A stretch of 47,544 nt of DNA from an uncultured bacterium. GTDB lineage: Bacteria > Macinerneyibacteriota > Macinerneyibacteria > Macinerneyibacteriales > CAYRFE01. Positions 1 through 10,553 of this stretch are shown here, one piece after another. How positions within the stretch are numbered: position 1 is the first letter of the stretch; every line of letters starts with the position of its first letter. The stretch lies in the NCBI GenBank assembly GCA_964423645.1, contig CAYRFE010000023.1:10473-58016 (forward strand). The letters are read 5' to 3'. The notes beneath the pieces were generated by a model, which ran no database searches, was not told the DNA's origin, and was given only the letters and a program-made list of their open reading frames with translations. Both the position numbers and the translations under genes were made by a program.

Positions 1-140
1 AATATTACTATGTGCTCTCCCCAAACCCCTCTCGTTGAAATCGAGAGGGGCTTCATTTGTTTTATAGTGGGGACTTCGTCCCCACACCCCTGTTTTGGAA
101 ATAAAGAAAAATCGGAAATTTTGAATTTTGCAAAACTCTC
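1..140 (-). repeat. G-rich modular intergenic repeat, copy 1 (reverse orientation, truncated by window edge; hairpin subtype C)
   Basis: ccccaaacccctctcgttgaaatcgagagggg ... gtccccacacccc is the reverse complement of the conserved ends ggggtgtggggacg / ggggtttgggg seen in the other copies. It contains the hairpin cccctctcg-atttcaa-cgagagggg. TTTGCAAA motif at 127-136. Confidence 0.75.
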
Positions 141-250
141 ACATCGTTAATAAATGGTAGTTTAAACCTCTCATCAGGGTATTGGGGGGCATTTTTCTTG
201 ACATGCACAGCATATCAACCTACACTTAACCCTATAGAAAGGAGATTACA

Positions 251-673
251 ATGAAAAAATTCGATCTGTCTTCCATGTTTTTCGGAATACTGGTGTTTTC
301 GATCATTCGTATTGTTAGCGGCAGTATATCAATGCTTGTATATTCCGTAAATAGCGATATCCCGCGTATGCAATATGCTTTTCTTGCGCAAAATTTAGTT
401 AGTTTTGTGTTGTACTCTATTACGCTTGTGTTTTTAGGAATGTATATCGTAAAAGGCTTATATCGCACGGGTGTCCTTGCGTGTACTATTCTTATTGCAG
501 TTAAGGTAACGCTTATGGCAGGTTATTCATTGGTCGCAAATATCACACGGTATTCTTCTTCAAATTTGATCTTTACGGTTTCCGGATTATTCGAGCAAAT
601 GATATTTCTGATATTTCTTGTTATATATATTATATATGTAATGAAATCAGATGATGAACAGTCCGGGTTTTAA
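251..673 (+). CDS. hypothetical small integral membrane protein (4 predicted TM helices)
   Basis: ORF of 140 aa, hydrophobic throughout, AGGAG-like RBS (aaaggagattacaATG). Confidence 0.45.
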   Translation: MKKFDLSSMFFGILVFSIIRIVSGSISMLVYSVNSDIPRMQYAFLAQNLVSFVLYSITLVFLGMYIVKGLYRTGVLACTILIAVKVTLMAGYSLVANITRYSSSNLIFTVSGLFEQMIFLIFLVIYIIYVMKSDDEQSGF

Positions 674-706
674 AAACGGCATGAATTTTACAGAAAGGAG
701 AATGCC

Positions 707-1444
707 ATGAAAAAATGTATGTATTTTATTATCGCATGTTTGGGCGTGATCGGAATCGTGAATGCTGATTTTACCATTTACCGTAATGGGGAGCATGAAG
801 AAACAAAAGAGTATGCACCTTTTGTGGATGCTGTAAGGATTCGTGCGACACCGGATCTTAACGGTAAGTCTATCGCTACTTTAGAGTTTCCAAATAGTGT
901 AGAATTTATCATTGATTCAACTCACGAAACAGTTGTCGATTATAACGGCGAAAAGATGAAGTCTCGATGGATGAAGGTTTCACAATACAATACGGATGAA
1001 AAAGGATGGATCTGGAAAGGTTTCATGGTACGCTTACGCATGTATCAAACTGATAATGCACGTTTTTATATACCCGACACGAGCAAAAGCTCGGTAATGA
1101 GTTTGGAGATCATACAAGGAAAATCTCAACTTGAAACAAAACCGCGCGATACCGTACGAGTGACAAAAGAAAATGATGATACCATCTACACATATTCGAT
1201 ATCGTGGATCAACGGGAATTCAATTCCTGAATATTTTAATATGAGTGTCCGCAGTGACAAGCTTTTTACCGATCAGGAGATGATAACCCGATTTAATGCA
1301 CTTGTAAAAAAGGGTGATACGTCTGCCGCATGGGAATATTTGGAAAATGCTTCAAAAAGTGCGTCACTTACCTTTCGAGGGTTACAGTGGTACGGCTATC
1401 TCCGAGTATTAAAACATGCAATGACCGAACAAATTAACAATTAA
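707..1444 (+). CDS. secreted protein with SH3b-like domain (signal peptide)
   Basis: N-terminal signal peptide MKKCMYFIIACLGVIGIVNA. RBS aaaggagaatgccATG. Segment VRIRATPDLNGKSIATLEFPNSVEF...RWMKV resembles a bacterial SH3 domain. Confidence 0.5.
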   Translation: MKKCMYFIIACLGVIGIVNADFTIYRNGEHEETKEYAPFVDAVRIRATPDLNGKSIATLEFPNSVEFIIDSTHETVVDYNGEKMKSRWMKVSQYNTDEKGWIWKGFMVRLRMYQTDNARFYIPDTSKSSVMSLEIIQGKSQLETKPRDTVRVTKENDDTIYTYSISWINGNSIPEYFNMSVRSDKLFTDQEMITRFNALVKKGDTSAAWEYLENASKSASLTFRGLQWYGYLRVLKHAMTEQINN

Positions 1445-1505
1445 CCTTTTATCATATGAAATCGTTAAGACCGTCGCAAAATGCAATGTCGCAGCGTATA
1501 GTGTT

Positions 1506-1702
1506 AGACCTTTGCGAAATTCGAATTTATTCACGGTTCCATTTTTCCTAAAAAGGGGTGTGGGGACGAAGTCGGGTGCATGGTATGCACCCGCGACATT
1601 GAGAATTTTGTAGCAGACAATCTTTTTGCCTGCCTCTCGATTTTCACGGGAGGGGTTTGGGGTGGGCACAAATTCAAAAAATGGAAGCTTTGCAAAGGTC
1701 TT
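1506..1702 (+). repeat. G-rich modular intergenic repeat, copy 2 (complete, with TIRs; subtype B)
   Basis: 5' agacctttgcgaaattcgaattt and 3' aattcaaaaaatggaagctttgcaaaggtctt form inverted repeats. Core is ggggtgtggggacg...gggaggggtttggggtgggcacaaat with internal hairpins. Confidence 0.8.
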
Positions 1703-1798
1703 AATTTGGGATCATCGTTCAAGACACATAGGGAAGATTGAAAAATTTGCTGTATCAAACAATCTTGGTTGTCTCCATGATTTAATTTGATCATGAAA

Positions 1799-1827
1799 CA
1801 AAAAAGGACGGTTGACACCGTCCTTTA
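1799..1827 (-). terminator. rho-independent terminator (bidirectional hairpin) downstream of the DUF4282-like gene
   Basis: aaaggacggt-tgac-accgtccttt is a perfect 10-bp stem, followed on the minus strand by TTTTTTGTTT. Confidence 0.6.
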
Positions 1828-1846
1828 AAATAATAAAAAGTATTAA

Positions 1847-2131
1847 TTATTTTTTGCGTAATTCTTCATAGAGTTTGAAGATTACGATGAGTATCTCATA
1901 ATACACACGGGTGAAGATAATTGATAACGCACCGCCGATAGGTATTGTGACAAACAAGAAGAAAACACCCATAAGCGGTTTTGCAATGAAGGACATGATT
2001 AGTCCGACGAGTAAACCGAGACCGATAAGGCCCAATGTGATCATGTACAGTATCGACACGATTTTCGGAGTCACGAATTCAGAAAACGAGAAATCAAACA
2101 ATGAACCGATAAACCCTTTTTTCTCTTCCAT
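1847..2131 (-). CDS. DUF4282-like small membrane protein
   Basis: Internal Met (MEEKKGFIGSLFDFSFSEFVTPKIVSILYMITLG...) is preceded by a perfect RBS taaaggaggaaaaaATG. The six-frame ORF extends to 2281, but the upstream part lacks an RBS. The FDFSF...T motif and two TM helices are typical of the DUF4282 family. Confidence 0.55.
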   Translation of the reverse strand: MEEKKGFIGSLFDFSFSEFVTPKIVSILYMITLGLIGLGLLVGLIMSFIAKPLMGVFFLFVTIPIGGALSIIFTRVYYEILIVIFKLYEELRKK

Positions 2132-2382
2132 TTTTTCCTCCTTTATATAGTATGCCTCTTTCACAACCAACCGTAGTATAGCACGTTCGCGAAAAACGTC
2201 AAGATATTTGAAAGATATTTTGTGTAATTTTATTGTGACTTCATGATATGAGAAAGCGTTGTCTTTCAATAGGTACGCCACTTTTTGTAAGTCCTTGAGA
2301 AATAAAATAGTAAAAAAACAAAATAATCGGAATAACTTGAAGATAAGTGTAACTTTTTCAAAAAATATGCATCTATATTAAT

Positions 2383-3999
2383 GTGAGTATACAAAACCCA
2401 ACAACAACAGCAGTTATCGAACGAGTGGATATCGTTGAGTTCATCAACAGGTATATACCGCTTAAAAAATCCGGAAAAAATTATATGGGCGTTTGTCCGT
2501 TTCATAATGACAAGGGGCCGTCTCTTTCGGTGAGTGCCGAAAAAGGATTGTTTCATTGTTTCGGATGCGGAAAATCAGGCACGGCAATTACCTTTCTTAT
2601 GGAATATGAAAGTTTGTCTTTTCCCGAAGCGTTGGAACGACTTGCTCGTGAAGTGGGGGTTGCGTTATCCGTGAAGGAAAATGATGCGACTGATCGACTG
2701 AAAAAAGTCAATAATTTAGCGATGGATTATTTTTACCAAAATCTTATGTTCAGTGATGTGGGAAAAGACGCACGTATGTATTTATCGGGGAGAAAAATTA
2801 CCAAAGAAACTATTGAGACATTTCGCTTGGGGTATGCACCCGACGGGTGGCAAGGGTTTACCGATTACGCGAAGTCGAAGAAAATTACGCTTTCCGATGC
2901 GGAATTACTTGGTTTGGTAAAAACGAATAATGGTTCCACGTATGATGTGTTTCGAAATCGATTGATGTTCCCGATACTAGATGCCGGCGGTAATGCGATC
3001 GGGTTTGGCGGACGCACGCTTGATGACACACAACAACCAAAGTATTTAAATTCTTCGGAGACACCGTTATTTAAAAAATCATATGTGTTATACGGATATC
3101 ATGCCTCGCGGCAGGAAATCAATCGTCGAAAAGAGGCGATACTCGTTGAAGGATATATGGATCTTTTAAGCATGGTGCAGCATGGTGTGCCGAATGTAGC
3201 GGCAGTATTAGGAACCGCATTTACTGAGCATCATGTAAAATTGCTTGTCAATCGTGCGGAAACAGTGTATTTATTTTTCGACAGTGATGAAGCAGGTATA
3301 CGAGCAGCGCTGCGCTCCCTTGAGATATTGTTTAAGTCATCACTCAGCAGTTATGTGATTTCTAATCCGCATGGTAAGGATCCTGATGATCTCATGCGTA
3401 CTGAAGGGAAATCTGCCTTCGACGATCTGCGTTCGAATGCAAAGACAGGTTTTGAATTTTTCATCGAGCGACATATACAGGAGAAGGATTTTGAAAATCC
3501 GCAAAAAAAGGCGATCGCGTATAAAAAGTTGGAAGAATATTTCGGAACAATAACCGATGAATCCCTTCGATTGATGTATATGCAACAACTGGACCGACGA
3601 TTTGGTATCATACGACGCCGGAACGCCGTTACTGCACCGGAACAGAGAACATTGGCACATATGCCCGTATTTGCGAAGGATGATATTTTTCTACTTATGT
3701 TTGTACTGGAAAACAGTACGTTTGCGCGTGAGATTTTTGACCGCATTGATAAGGCTGAGTATTTTTTAAAATCTTCGGTGATTATCGAAGAACTTCATCG
3801 AGTCTACAATGCTCACGCAAGCGGAGAAAACATTTTTGTTAAAGGAAATGTCGATTTGTTTATAGAGGATAAGAATATTGCATCTGAGATGACGCTATAT
3901 GTCACAAAAAATGCAATACAGTTGACAAAAGTCAATTTTGAACACATGCTGAAGAAAATTGATAGGAATATTGCTCTCTATACAAAGAAGGAGGGGTAG
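2383..3999 (+). CDS. dnaG: DNA primase
   Basis: Zinc-binding [13 protein letters not shown]...[10 protein letters not shown] motif, TOPRIM region EGYMDLL...FDSDEAG, 538 aa. Probable GTG start. Confidence 0.9.
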   Translation: MSIQNPTTTAVIERVDIVEFINRYIPLKKSGKNYMGVCPFHNDKGPSLSVSAEKGLFHCFGCGKSGTAITFLMEYESLSFPEALERLAREVGVALSVKENDATDRLKKVNNLAMDYFYQNLMFSDVGKDARMYLSGRKITKETIETFRLGYAPDGWQGFTDYAKSKKITLSDAELLGLVKTNNGSTYDVFRNRLMFPILDAGGNAIGFGGRTLDDTQQPKYLNSSETPLFKKSYVLYGYHASRQEINRRKEAILVEGYMDLLSMVQHGVPNVAAVLGTAFTEHHVKLLVNRAETVYLFFDSDEAGIRAALRSLEILFKSSLSSYVISNPHGKDPDDLMRTEGKSAFDDLRSNAKTGFEFFIERHIQEKDFENPQKKAIAYKKLEEYFGTITDESLRLMYMQQLDRRFGIIRRRNAVTAPEQRTLAHMPVFAKDDIFLLMFVLENSTFAREIFDRIDKAEYFLKSSVIIEELHRVYNAHASGENIFVKGNVDLFIEDKNIASEMTLYVTKNAIQLTKVNFEHMLKKIDRNIALYTKKEG

Positions 4000-4000
4000 T

Positions 4001-5635
4001 TTGAAAAAAACGCTGGGTCCGGAAGAGTTGATTGAACAGATTGTTAAAGAGGCCTCAAAGAAAAACGGTATCAGTTATGAAGAATTAAATGACCTGATAC
4101 CTGATGAGGTCGTGTCGCCGGAGATTTTTGAGCGAATCGTGAGTGAATTACAAAAACAAGGTTTGTTGTTGGAAGACAAAGAAGAGTCGAATAAAGAACT
4201 CAATTCTGAAATCCTTGAAAATGCATTAGCCGAAGATACTCTTGATGATCCTGTTCGCTTATATTTGCGCGAGATGGGAAAAGTGCCGTTGCTTGATAAA
4301 GACGGCGAGATTGAGGTCGCCAGACGTATTGAAGAAGGCTACAATATAATCAAAAAGTATATTTTCAAACTCGATTTTATCGTCGACGAGTTGAAGCAAC
4401 GTATTCCCCGATGTGAAGAACGACATTGTGAGGACGTTATCAATATGGACTACGGTGATATTAATAATTTAGATAAACAGGAAGAATATTATCGCAACTT
4501 TAAAATGAATTATGAACGTATTGTTGCTATTCACATGGAAATATCGGAAACGTATGAGAAGATTGAGAAAGCAAAGACTGAAAAAGAACGTGATAAGAAC
4601 ACCCTTTTGATTGAGGCAAAACGTGAACGATTGCGCATCGCGGTTGAAGAGACCAATCTTAATTATACACAAGTTGAAAAACTTGCCGAGCGATTCAAAC
4701 GTATCATGAAGGACATTGATGAAAAAGAGAAGGAATTGAGTCGTATTCGCTTGAAAGAAGACGTAGAAGCATTTGAAATTAGAGGACACGAAGAGCGGAT
4801 TCGTGCAAACGAGAAAAGACTTGGTCTGAAACGCGATGATCTCAATTTTATTCTTTTGGAGGTCAATAAAGGCTTGCGTAAGGTTGAGAAAGCAAAAAAT
4901 CATCTTATCAGCGCAAATGTCCGTCTGGTTATCAGTATCGCAAAAAAATATACCAATCGCGGCTTACAATTTCTTGACCTGATTCAGGAAGGGAATATCG
5001 GGCTTATGCGTGCGGTAGAAAAATTCGATTATAAAAAAGGCTATAAGTTCTCCACGTATGCAACATGGTGGATTCGTCAAGCCATTACTCGTGCAATTGC
5101 CGACCAGGCACGTACCATTCGTATTCCTGTGCATATGATTGAAAATATTAATAAAATAAATAAAGCGATGCGTGTGTTTAAACAGGAAAACGGTCGTGAG
5201 CCTACTACCGAAGAACTTTCACCGATTGTCGATATGCCTGAATCAAAGATCAATCAGATCAAAAAAATTGCGATCGATCCGGTTTCATTGGAAACGCCTG
5301 TCGGAGATCAAGGCGACAGTCAGCTTGGTGATTTTCTTGAAGATACTCGTATTGAATCCCCCGAACGTACGGTGCAGATAAAACTTCTTCGTGAAAAACT
5401 TAACGAACTCTTGCTCACACTTGAAGATCGTGAGCAGAAGATCCTGCGGTTACGTTATTCATGGATAGAGGGGCGGTCGTACACTCTTGAAGAGGTTGGT
5501 TCAAAATTCGGTATCACTCGTGAGCGCGTGCGTCAAATTGAGCAGAAAGCACTGAAAAAACTCAAACATCCGAGCCGCAGACGAATTCTTGAGGATTACG
5601 TGCGTATTATTGAAGAATTATCATCGAAGTATTAA
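4001..5635 (+). CDS. rpoD: RNA polymerase primary sigma factor (sigma-70)
   Basis: Region 2 motifs [36 protein letters not shown] and region 4 [31 protein letters not shown] in frame at 4001 is preceded by GGAGG 7 nt upstream and immediately follows the dnaG stop. The upstream ATG at 3959 lies inside dnaG and lacks an RBS. Confidence 0.9.
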   Translation: MKKTLGPEELIEQIVKEASKKNGISYEELNDLIPDEVVSPEIFERIVSELQKQGLLLEDKEESNKELNSEILENALAEDTLDDPVRLYLREMGKVPLLDKDGEIEVARRIEEGYNIIKKYIFKLDFIVDELKQRIPRCEERHCEDVINMDYGDINNLDKQEEYYRNFKMNYERIVAIHMEISETYEKIEKAKTEKERDKNTLLIEAKRERLRIAVEETNLNYTQVEKLAERFKRIMKDIDEKEKELSRIRLKEDVEAFEIRGHEERIRANEKRLGLKRDDLNFILLEVNKGLRKVEKAKNHLISANVRLVISIAKKYTNRGLQFLDLIQEGNIGLMRAVEKFDYKKGYKFSTYATWWIRQAITRAIADQARTIRIPVHMIENINKINKAMRVFKQENGREPTTEELSPIVDMPESKINQIKKIAIDPVSLETPVGDQGDSQLGDFLEDTRIESPERTVQIKLLREKLNELLLTLEDREQKILRLRYSWIEGRSYTLEEVGSKFGITRERVRQIEQKALKKLKHPSRRRILEDYVRIIEELSSKY

Positions 5636-5657
5636 TTTCTATTTTTCCGTTTTTCTC

Positions 5658-5685
5658 AAACCCTCCCGAAAATGGGAGGGTTTTA
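5658..5685 (+). terminator. rho-independent terminator after rpoD
   Basis: aaaccctccc-gaaaat-gggaggg followed by TTTT. Confidence 0.75.
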
Positions 5686-5794
5686 CGTTATTATGGTGTG
5701 AAGAATTTTCTCCACGGTCTTTTTAAGGTGTAAAAAAATAGCAAGTTATTGAATTTCACCAACATCTCGTTTTTTTTCTATACTAAATGGATAT

Positions 5795-5996
5795 CTTTGC
5801 AAAAATCAAAATTTCCAAATCATCGTTATTTTCTAAAAAAGGGTGTGGGGACCGTAGCAGGGCTTGTCCCTGCCCGATACTATGCACCGCTACATTGGGA
5901 ATTTTTGTAGCAGAAGATCTTTCTGCCCGCTTTCCGATTTCCATGGGAGGGGTTTGGGGTGAGCACACATTCAAAAATGGTAGTTTTGCAAAGGTC
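5795..5996 (+). repeat. G-rich modular intergenic repeat, copy 3 (complete; subtype B)
   Basis: tctttgcaaaaatcaaaattt ... gggtgtggggacc ... gggaggggtttggggtgagcacacattcaaaaatggtagttttgcaaaggtc. Central part is homologous to copy 2 (tttgtagcaga.gatcttt.tgcc). Confidence 0.8.
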
Positions 5997-6037
5997 AAAT
6001 AATCAAAATGAGATTCAATAAACTGATTATTTTATTG

Positions 6038-6403
6038 TTATTGGTTGAGAAAGTCATCTTCTTCACGAAAAACAGGAATGTGTAATTGCATACTCAAGTT
6101 TTTCATAGTGTTAACGACGTCTAAATAGTCTGTCTTTTTTACATGATATTGACCGACGACACGGCCAATGGGATTCTCAAAAATACGCAATCGTTCTCCT
6201 CGTTTTGTGAAATAGACACAAATGTAATAGTGTGTGGTTTTTTCTTTTCGTGGATTTTTTTCATAAAAGAAGAATGCCCATGATCCGAGTAGTATAAATC
6301 CTGAAATAAAAAACAAACCGAGAATATCACCGGATGTAAAAATATATCGTCCCCAGAGAAGAAAAAGAATAATTGCACCAACCGTGAGGATGTACTTCAT
6401 CAT
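6038..6403 (-). CDS. hypothetical membrane protein (2 TM helices near N-terminus)
   Basis: 121-aa ORF, hydrophobic N-terminal half, no recognisable family. Confidence 0.4.
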   Translation of the reverse strand: MMKYILTVGAIILFLLWGRYIFTSGDILGLFFISGFILLGSWAFFFYEKNPRKEKTTHYYICVYFTKRGERLRIFENPIGRVVGQYHVKKTDYLDVVNTMKNLSMQLHIPVFREEDDFLNQ

Positions 6404-6668
6404 ACACCAGTATAACCGTTACAATGATGATCTTCAAGTGTTGATATAAATACGTATATGAGAAAAGTTGGAAACAATTACGTGATGCGGAAAAATGTGT
6501 TTTAAAAAATACTTGACGAAATGTGTATAGTGCGATATTCTGAAATTCGAACGTTACTGATAAAAGAGGTAAACATAATTTGACGGAGTACTGTTGAATG
6601 CAGAGAAACACTGAATACTACATTTGCTCATGGCAAAAAGACGTGAAAAAGCGCGGAGTCGGCATATA

Positions 6669-7157
6669 ATGACAGACTATCGCATTATTCGGGCAGAACG
6701 TGCGCATCTCCGATTTTGCGCTGAAAGCAGATATGAAGTTTTTCGTGACGACAAAGATTACACAATGCGTAAAGATGATTTTATTCGTATTACCGAGAAT
6801 TATTTTGTAGATCATTTGTCAGACGAAAACGTGATCACGCTTGTAGCGGTCACGGATGCTTGTACAATCGGATGCGGTACTCTTATTGTTCAAGAGCGCT
6901 TACCGCACATTGAGATTTATGAAAATAAACGCGGATATATACTGAATGTATTTGTCAAACCTGAATTTCGCGGTTGTGGAATAGCAAAGATGCTTATGCG
7001 CGCGCTTCATGAAGAAGCAGTACGGAAAAATGTAGCAGTGATTGATCTTCATGCTGCCGATAAAGCATATTCATTATATTTAGCACTAGGATATACGCAT
7101 AATGAAAATTGTCTGGAATTTGATATTCGCTCTGCCATTGATAACAGAAATGTTTGA
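6669..7157 (+). CDS. GNAT family N-acetyltransferase
   Basis: Acetyl-CoA binding motif VFVKPEFRGCGIAKMLMRALHEEA (Q/RxxGxG/A). Start taken at MTDYRII. The six-frame ORF begins at 6624. Confidence 0.65.
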   Translation: MTDYRIIRAERAHLRFCAESRYEVFRDDKDYTMRKDDFIRITENYFVDHLSDENVITLVAVTDACTIGCGTLIVQERLPHIEIYENKRGYILNVFVKPEFRGCGIAKMLMRALHEEAVRKNVAVIDLHAADKAYSLYLALGYTHNENCLEFDIRSAIDNRNV

Positions 7158-7189
7158 ATGTGACGGATATATTAAAACGAGGTAATAAC

Positions 7190-7675
7190 ATGCGCTATGA
7201 CATTATTGATGCCACAAAAAATCATGCATTGTTTCTTGCACAATGCAGGTATGCGATGTTTGCCGCGATGTACCCGAAGGAAGATTTATCGGCAAAAAAG
7301 GATTCTTTCATTGCCGAAGCCGAACGTTATTTCAGACAGCATGAAGCAACGGAACAGTTGCAAAGTGTAATTGCAACGTGTGACGGCAAACCGGTTGGTT
7401 GCGGTACCGCACTGCTGCAGCTGCGTCCGCCAAGTATCAAACATCCTGTAAATATATTTTCATATATACTCAATGTGTTTGTGATGCCTGAACATAGAGG
7501 TAAACAGCTCGCCCGAAAGATGATGGATGCATTGCATGAACGCTCTGAACAACATGGCGCACATACGGTAAGTTTGCATGCTTCTGAGATGGGGTTTCCG
7601 GTATATACCGGTTTGGGATATGAAAAGGTTGAAAACTATTTGGAAATGGCATTGAAACTTGATGAAAATCAATAA
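7190..7675 (+). CDS. GNAT family N-acetyltransferase (paralog of upstream gene)
   Basis: VFVMPEHRGKQLARKMMDALHERS motif, same architecture as 6669-7157. A 4-nt overlap of the longer ORF with the upstream stop suggests an operon. Confidence 0.65.
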   Translation: MRYDIIDATKNHALFLAQCRYAMFAAMYPKEDLSAKKDSFIAEAERYFRQHEATEQLQSVIATCDGKPVGCGTALLQLRPPSIKHPVNIFSYILNVFVMPEHRGKQLARKMMDALHERSEQHGAHTVSLHASEMGFPVYTGLGYEKVENYLEMALKLDENQ

Positions 7676-7697
7676 ACATAGATAATAAGGAACTCAT

Positions 7698-7919
7698 ATG
7701 ACAAATAATACCGTAGATCTGGGATTTTCATATCAAGCAGTGAAAAGCGGTAAGGTGTTTATCTATCGTGATGGAAAAACCGTGACCACGCTTTCAGAAA
7801 AACGTGCGATTGAGTTTTTGGCTCAAATTACCGGAGCTGATGATAATGAAGCTCAAATGATCATGGCTAAAGTAACAGGAAACTATAAACGTGGCAACGA
7901 AAAGCACAAGAAAACGTAA
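7698..7919 (+). CDS. hypothetical small protein (73 aa)
   Basis: RBS aaggaactcatATG, no recognisable domain. Confidence 0.4.
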   Translation: MTNNTVDLGFSYQAVKSGKVFIYRDGKTVTTLSEKRAIEFLAQITGADDNEAQMIMAKVTGNYKRGNEKHKKT

Positions 7920-7961
7920 TAATCCATAAGTTAATTGCGTTTCACTGAAAAGGAGGAGATC

Positions 7962-9251
7962 ATGGAAGTCGGAACCATTCTGATGTATACCGGTATCGGT
8001 ATTGCGGCTATTTTTATGCGTCATATTATCGGCGGTTTTTTTGGGTTGTATCGTATCGTACCGGTGAATGAAGCGCATATTCGTATCTTGCAGAATAAGA
8101 AACAAGTATTTTCCGCACGTGAAGGCAAAACGGCATATTGGTATATACCGTTTATTACAAGGATTCATAAATTACCGTTGTGTAACCTCGCTATTCCCGT
8201 TAATGACATAAAGCTGAATGATAAAAATATGGCAAAATTTGTGTGTGATATCATGTGTTTTATCAATATCAATGATATTAATCTGGCCGTTGAGCGTCTT
8301 GTTCTGACCGATACGACGCATAGCATGGGTTTTGATTTTGTGCGATTGTCTGAGGATTTACGTGCAATTATGGAGAGTATCGGTCGTACTGTGACGACCA
8401 AACAAAGTATTCTCGACATTTATATGGATAGACAGATGCTTGATATGGCAATTACAAAGGAAGTAATTGCGGTATTTCCAAAATGGGGTATAGAACTTGT
8501 TGACCTTGAATTGAAAGACATCAAGGATGCACACGAAAGTACAATTATTTCTGATATTGAACGTAAGGTGGCGGCAGAGATCCGTAGAGACGCTGAAATC
8601 ATTGTTGCAAATACAACCAAGGAAGCTGAACTGGTAAAAGCAGAGGCAGAAGAAATATATCGCAAACGTCAAATTTCAAAAGATATGGAAATCGGTATTT
8701 CCGAACAAGACAAAAATCGACAAATCGCCGAGAAAGAAGCTCAAGCGAATATCGTCCGCGTTGAAGCAAAACGCAAATTAACGGTTGGTGAAGCCGAGAT
8801 TGAAAAACAAAAAATCGAACAACTTGCTCAGGCTGAAAAAATAAAACTGACAACCGAAGCCGAAGGAGAGTCGAACAAAATTACCGCCGTCGGTAAAGCT
8901 GAAGCGAATATTATTCAGATCAAAAAAGAAGCTGAAGCAGCAGGTACGCTCAAACTGGCTGAAGCAATGAAAGAGTTCAATGATACGGCTATCAATGTAA
9001 AAGTGCTTGATATTCAAAAAGAAGTATTGCTCGGAAAGTATGAGGCACTTGCCAAAGCATTACAAGGCGCAGATTTGAAATGGATAATGAGCGGTGATAA
9101 TGCACAAAAATTCTTCGGTATAGACCTGTCTGCAGAAGGCGGGGCGAATCTCAATCAATTTATGCAGGAAGCGGGGATTGACGGTTCTATGGTCGAAAAG
9201 TTTCGCACATTGTTGGGAAAAAATCAAAAAATTGAACATGAGAAAAAGTAA
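7962..9251 (+). CDS. SPFH/band-7 (flotillin-like) membrane scaffold protein
   Basis: N-terminal TM helix, SPFH core, then a long Ala/Glu/Lys coiled-coil tail (EAELVKAEAEEIYRKRQ...AEKEAQANIVRVEAKRK...). RBS aaaggaggagatcATG at 7962. Confidence 0.7.
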   Translation: MEVGTILMYTGIGIAAIFMRHIIGGFFGLYRIVPVNEAHIRILQNKKQVFSAREGKTAYWYIPFITRIHKLPLCNLAIPVNDIKLNDKNMAKFVCDIMCFININDINLAVERLVLTDTTHSMGFDFVRLSEDLRAIMESIGRTVTTKQSILDIYMDRQMLDMAITKEVIAVFPKWGIELVDLELKDIKDAHESTIISDIERKVAAEIRRDAEIIVANTTKEAELVKAEAEEIYRKRQISKDMEIGISEQDKNRQIAEKEAQANIVRVEAKRKLTVGEAEIEKQKIEQLAQAEKIKLTTEAEGESNKITAVGKAEANIIQIKKEAEAAGTLKLAEAMKEFNDTAINVKVLDIQKEVLLGKYEALAKALQGADLKWIMSGDNAQKFFGIDLSAEGGANLNQFMQEAGIDGSMVEKFRTLLGKNQKIEHEKK

Positions 9252-9255
9252 TATG

Positions 9256-9280
9256 AAGGGGGCAAATGCCCCCTTATTTC
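9256..9280 (+). terminator. rho-independent terminator after the flotillin-like gene
   Basis: gaagggggc-aaat-gcccccttatttc. Confidence 0.7.
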
Positions 9281-9289
9281 AGGAGATGC

Positions 9290-9850
9290 ATGAACCACGA
9301 AGTACTGTTTGACAGTGAACGGTTGTTTTTTCGCAGATTGGTCGCGGATGATGCTGAACTGTTTTTTCGAGATCATTCTTTGCCGGACTTGATCCGTTTT
9401 CAAAGCTGGAAACCGAGAACAATTGACGAGATCCGTGATTTTATCAGTAAGCAACACACTATCGAGATTGATACCTACGGTACATGGTTTCAAATGGCGA
9501 TTTGCCTAAAAAATAACGGTTATTTTATCGGTGATTGCGGGTTTCATTTCTCTGATCCCGAAGGATATCAGGTTGATATCGGGTATACTATTGCACCGGA
9601 ATTTCAAGGCAACGGATATGCTGTTGAAAGTGTACACGCAATGGTTCAGTATCTTTTCACGGAGTTGCACAAACATCGTCTATGCGGGTATGTCGACCCC
9701 GGAAATCTTGCCTCAATCCGTGTACTTGAAAAAGCAGGGTTCAGAAAAGAGGCTCATTTTCGAAAAAGCATCATGATAGACGGTCAATGGTGTGATGATG
9801 TTGTTTTTGCCATACTGAAAGAAGAGTTTGTACATAAAAAGGGCGGTTAA
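9290..9850 (+). CDS. GNAT family N-acetyltransferase (RimJ/RimL-like)
   Basis: FQGNGYAVESVHAMVQYLF motif, RBS aggagatgcATG. The six-frame ORF starts inside the terminator at 9266. Confidence 0.65.
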   Translation: MNHEVLFDSERLFFRRLVADDAELFFRDHSLPDLIRFQSWKPRTIDEIRDFISKQHTIEIDTYGTWFQMAICLKNNGYFIGDCGFHFSDPEGYQVDIGYTIAPEFQGNGYAVESVHAMVQYLFTELHKHRLCGYVDPGNLASIRVLEKAGFRKEAHFRKSIMIDGQWCDDVVFAILKEEFVHKKGG

Positions 9851-9895
9851 ACACCACCCGTCGTTGTTATCACTCTATTACCACTATTACAATGT

Positions 9896-10378
9896 TTATT
9901 TCTTGATTTTTTCTGCCCATTCTTTGCAAATTTCCGTCACTCCTTCGAGCGCATCAGATTTCGGTTCTTTAAATTCACAATTACCGATAAACGTATTACC
10001 TTCAAGCATCTTTTCCATATGCTCAATTGTTTTTCCGGGATTGCCTCCGTGAGTGCAGTAGAATGCGATTCGTTTTCCGACAAAAGGTTTTGACGAGAGA
10101 AAAGTTCGTATCGCGGGAGCCATTGTCCATGCCCATACGGGAGTACCGATAATGATGGTTTCATAGTGAGAAAAATCGATCGTGATCGGTTCAAGTTCGG
10201 GAGTTTCTTTCATTTTCGCTTGTTTTCCCAACCAAAAATATTTTTTTAAACCGGTCAAGCGCTTTTCGGCCTTAGGTTTAAGCTCAACAACATCCGCGGG
10301 AAAAATCGGTGACAACAATTCTGAGATCAAACGACAATTTCCCTCATACGAGTAATAGATAATCAGTGTGGTATTCAT
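9896..10378 (-). CDS. flavodoxin-like fold protein (NAD(P)H-dependent FMN reductase/flavodoxin family)
   Basis: MNTTLIIYYSYEGN...GTPVWAWTMAPAIRTFL has the flavodoxin-like pattern. RBS aaggagaaaattATG. Confidence 0.6.
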   Translation of the reverse strand: MNTTLIIYYSYEGNCRLISELLSPIFPADVVELKPKAEKRLTGLKKYFWLGKQAKMKETPELEPITIDFSHYETIIIGTPVWAWTMAPAIRTFLSSKPFVGKRIAFYCTHGGNPGKTIEHMEKMLEGNTFIGNCEFKEPKSDALEGVTEICKEWAEKIKK

Positions 10379-10553
10379 AATTTTCTCCTTGTTGTCCATA
10401 CTATAGAGTTTAAATGATTGTTTTGTCAAGTCAGAATTTTATGATGTGCGAAAAATTCACATTAATTCGTATGGCGAGCGTTCAGAGCAATTCAATTCAT
10501 AAAAATCGTTTTTCTCAAATCCCTTAATCTCAAATATGCGTGTTATAAAGATC

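Noticed and set aside
1531-1818. Small ORFs overlapping repeat copies (e.g. 1531-1818-, 5783-5998-, 14647-14928-, 40850-41092-), encoding ...CPPQTPP... peptides
   Set aside because: The recurring peptide is just the translation of the conserved G/C-rich core on the opposite strand. None has an RBS and the frames are not conserved between copies.
2381-2390. dnaG start codon assignment
   Set aside because: My manual indexing of the printed sequence places the in-frame GTG one nucleotide off the ORF-track coordinate. I kept the track coordinates 2383-3999 because the 3' end at TAG 3997-3999 is unambiguous.
3340-3746. Antisense ORFs inside dnaG (3340-3660-, 3351-3746-) and inside rpoD (4469-4903-, 4663-4866-)
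   Set aside because: They are embedded in well-supported conserved genes on the opposite strand, have no RBS and are compositionally biased. They are typical shadow ORFs.
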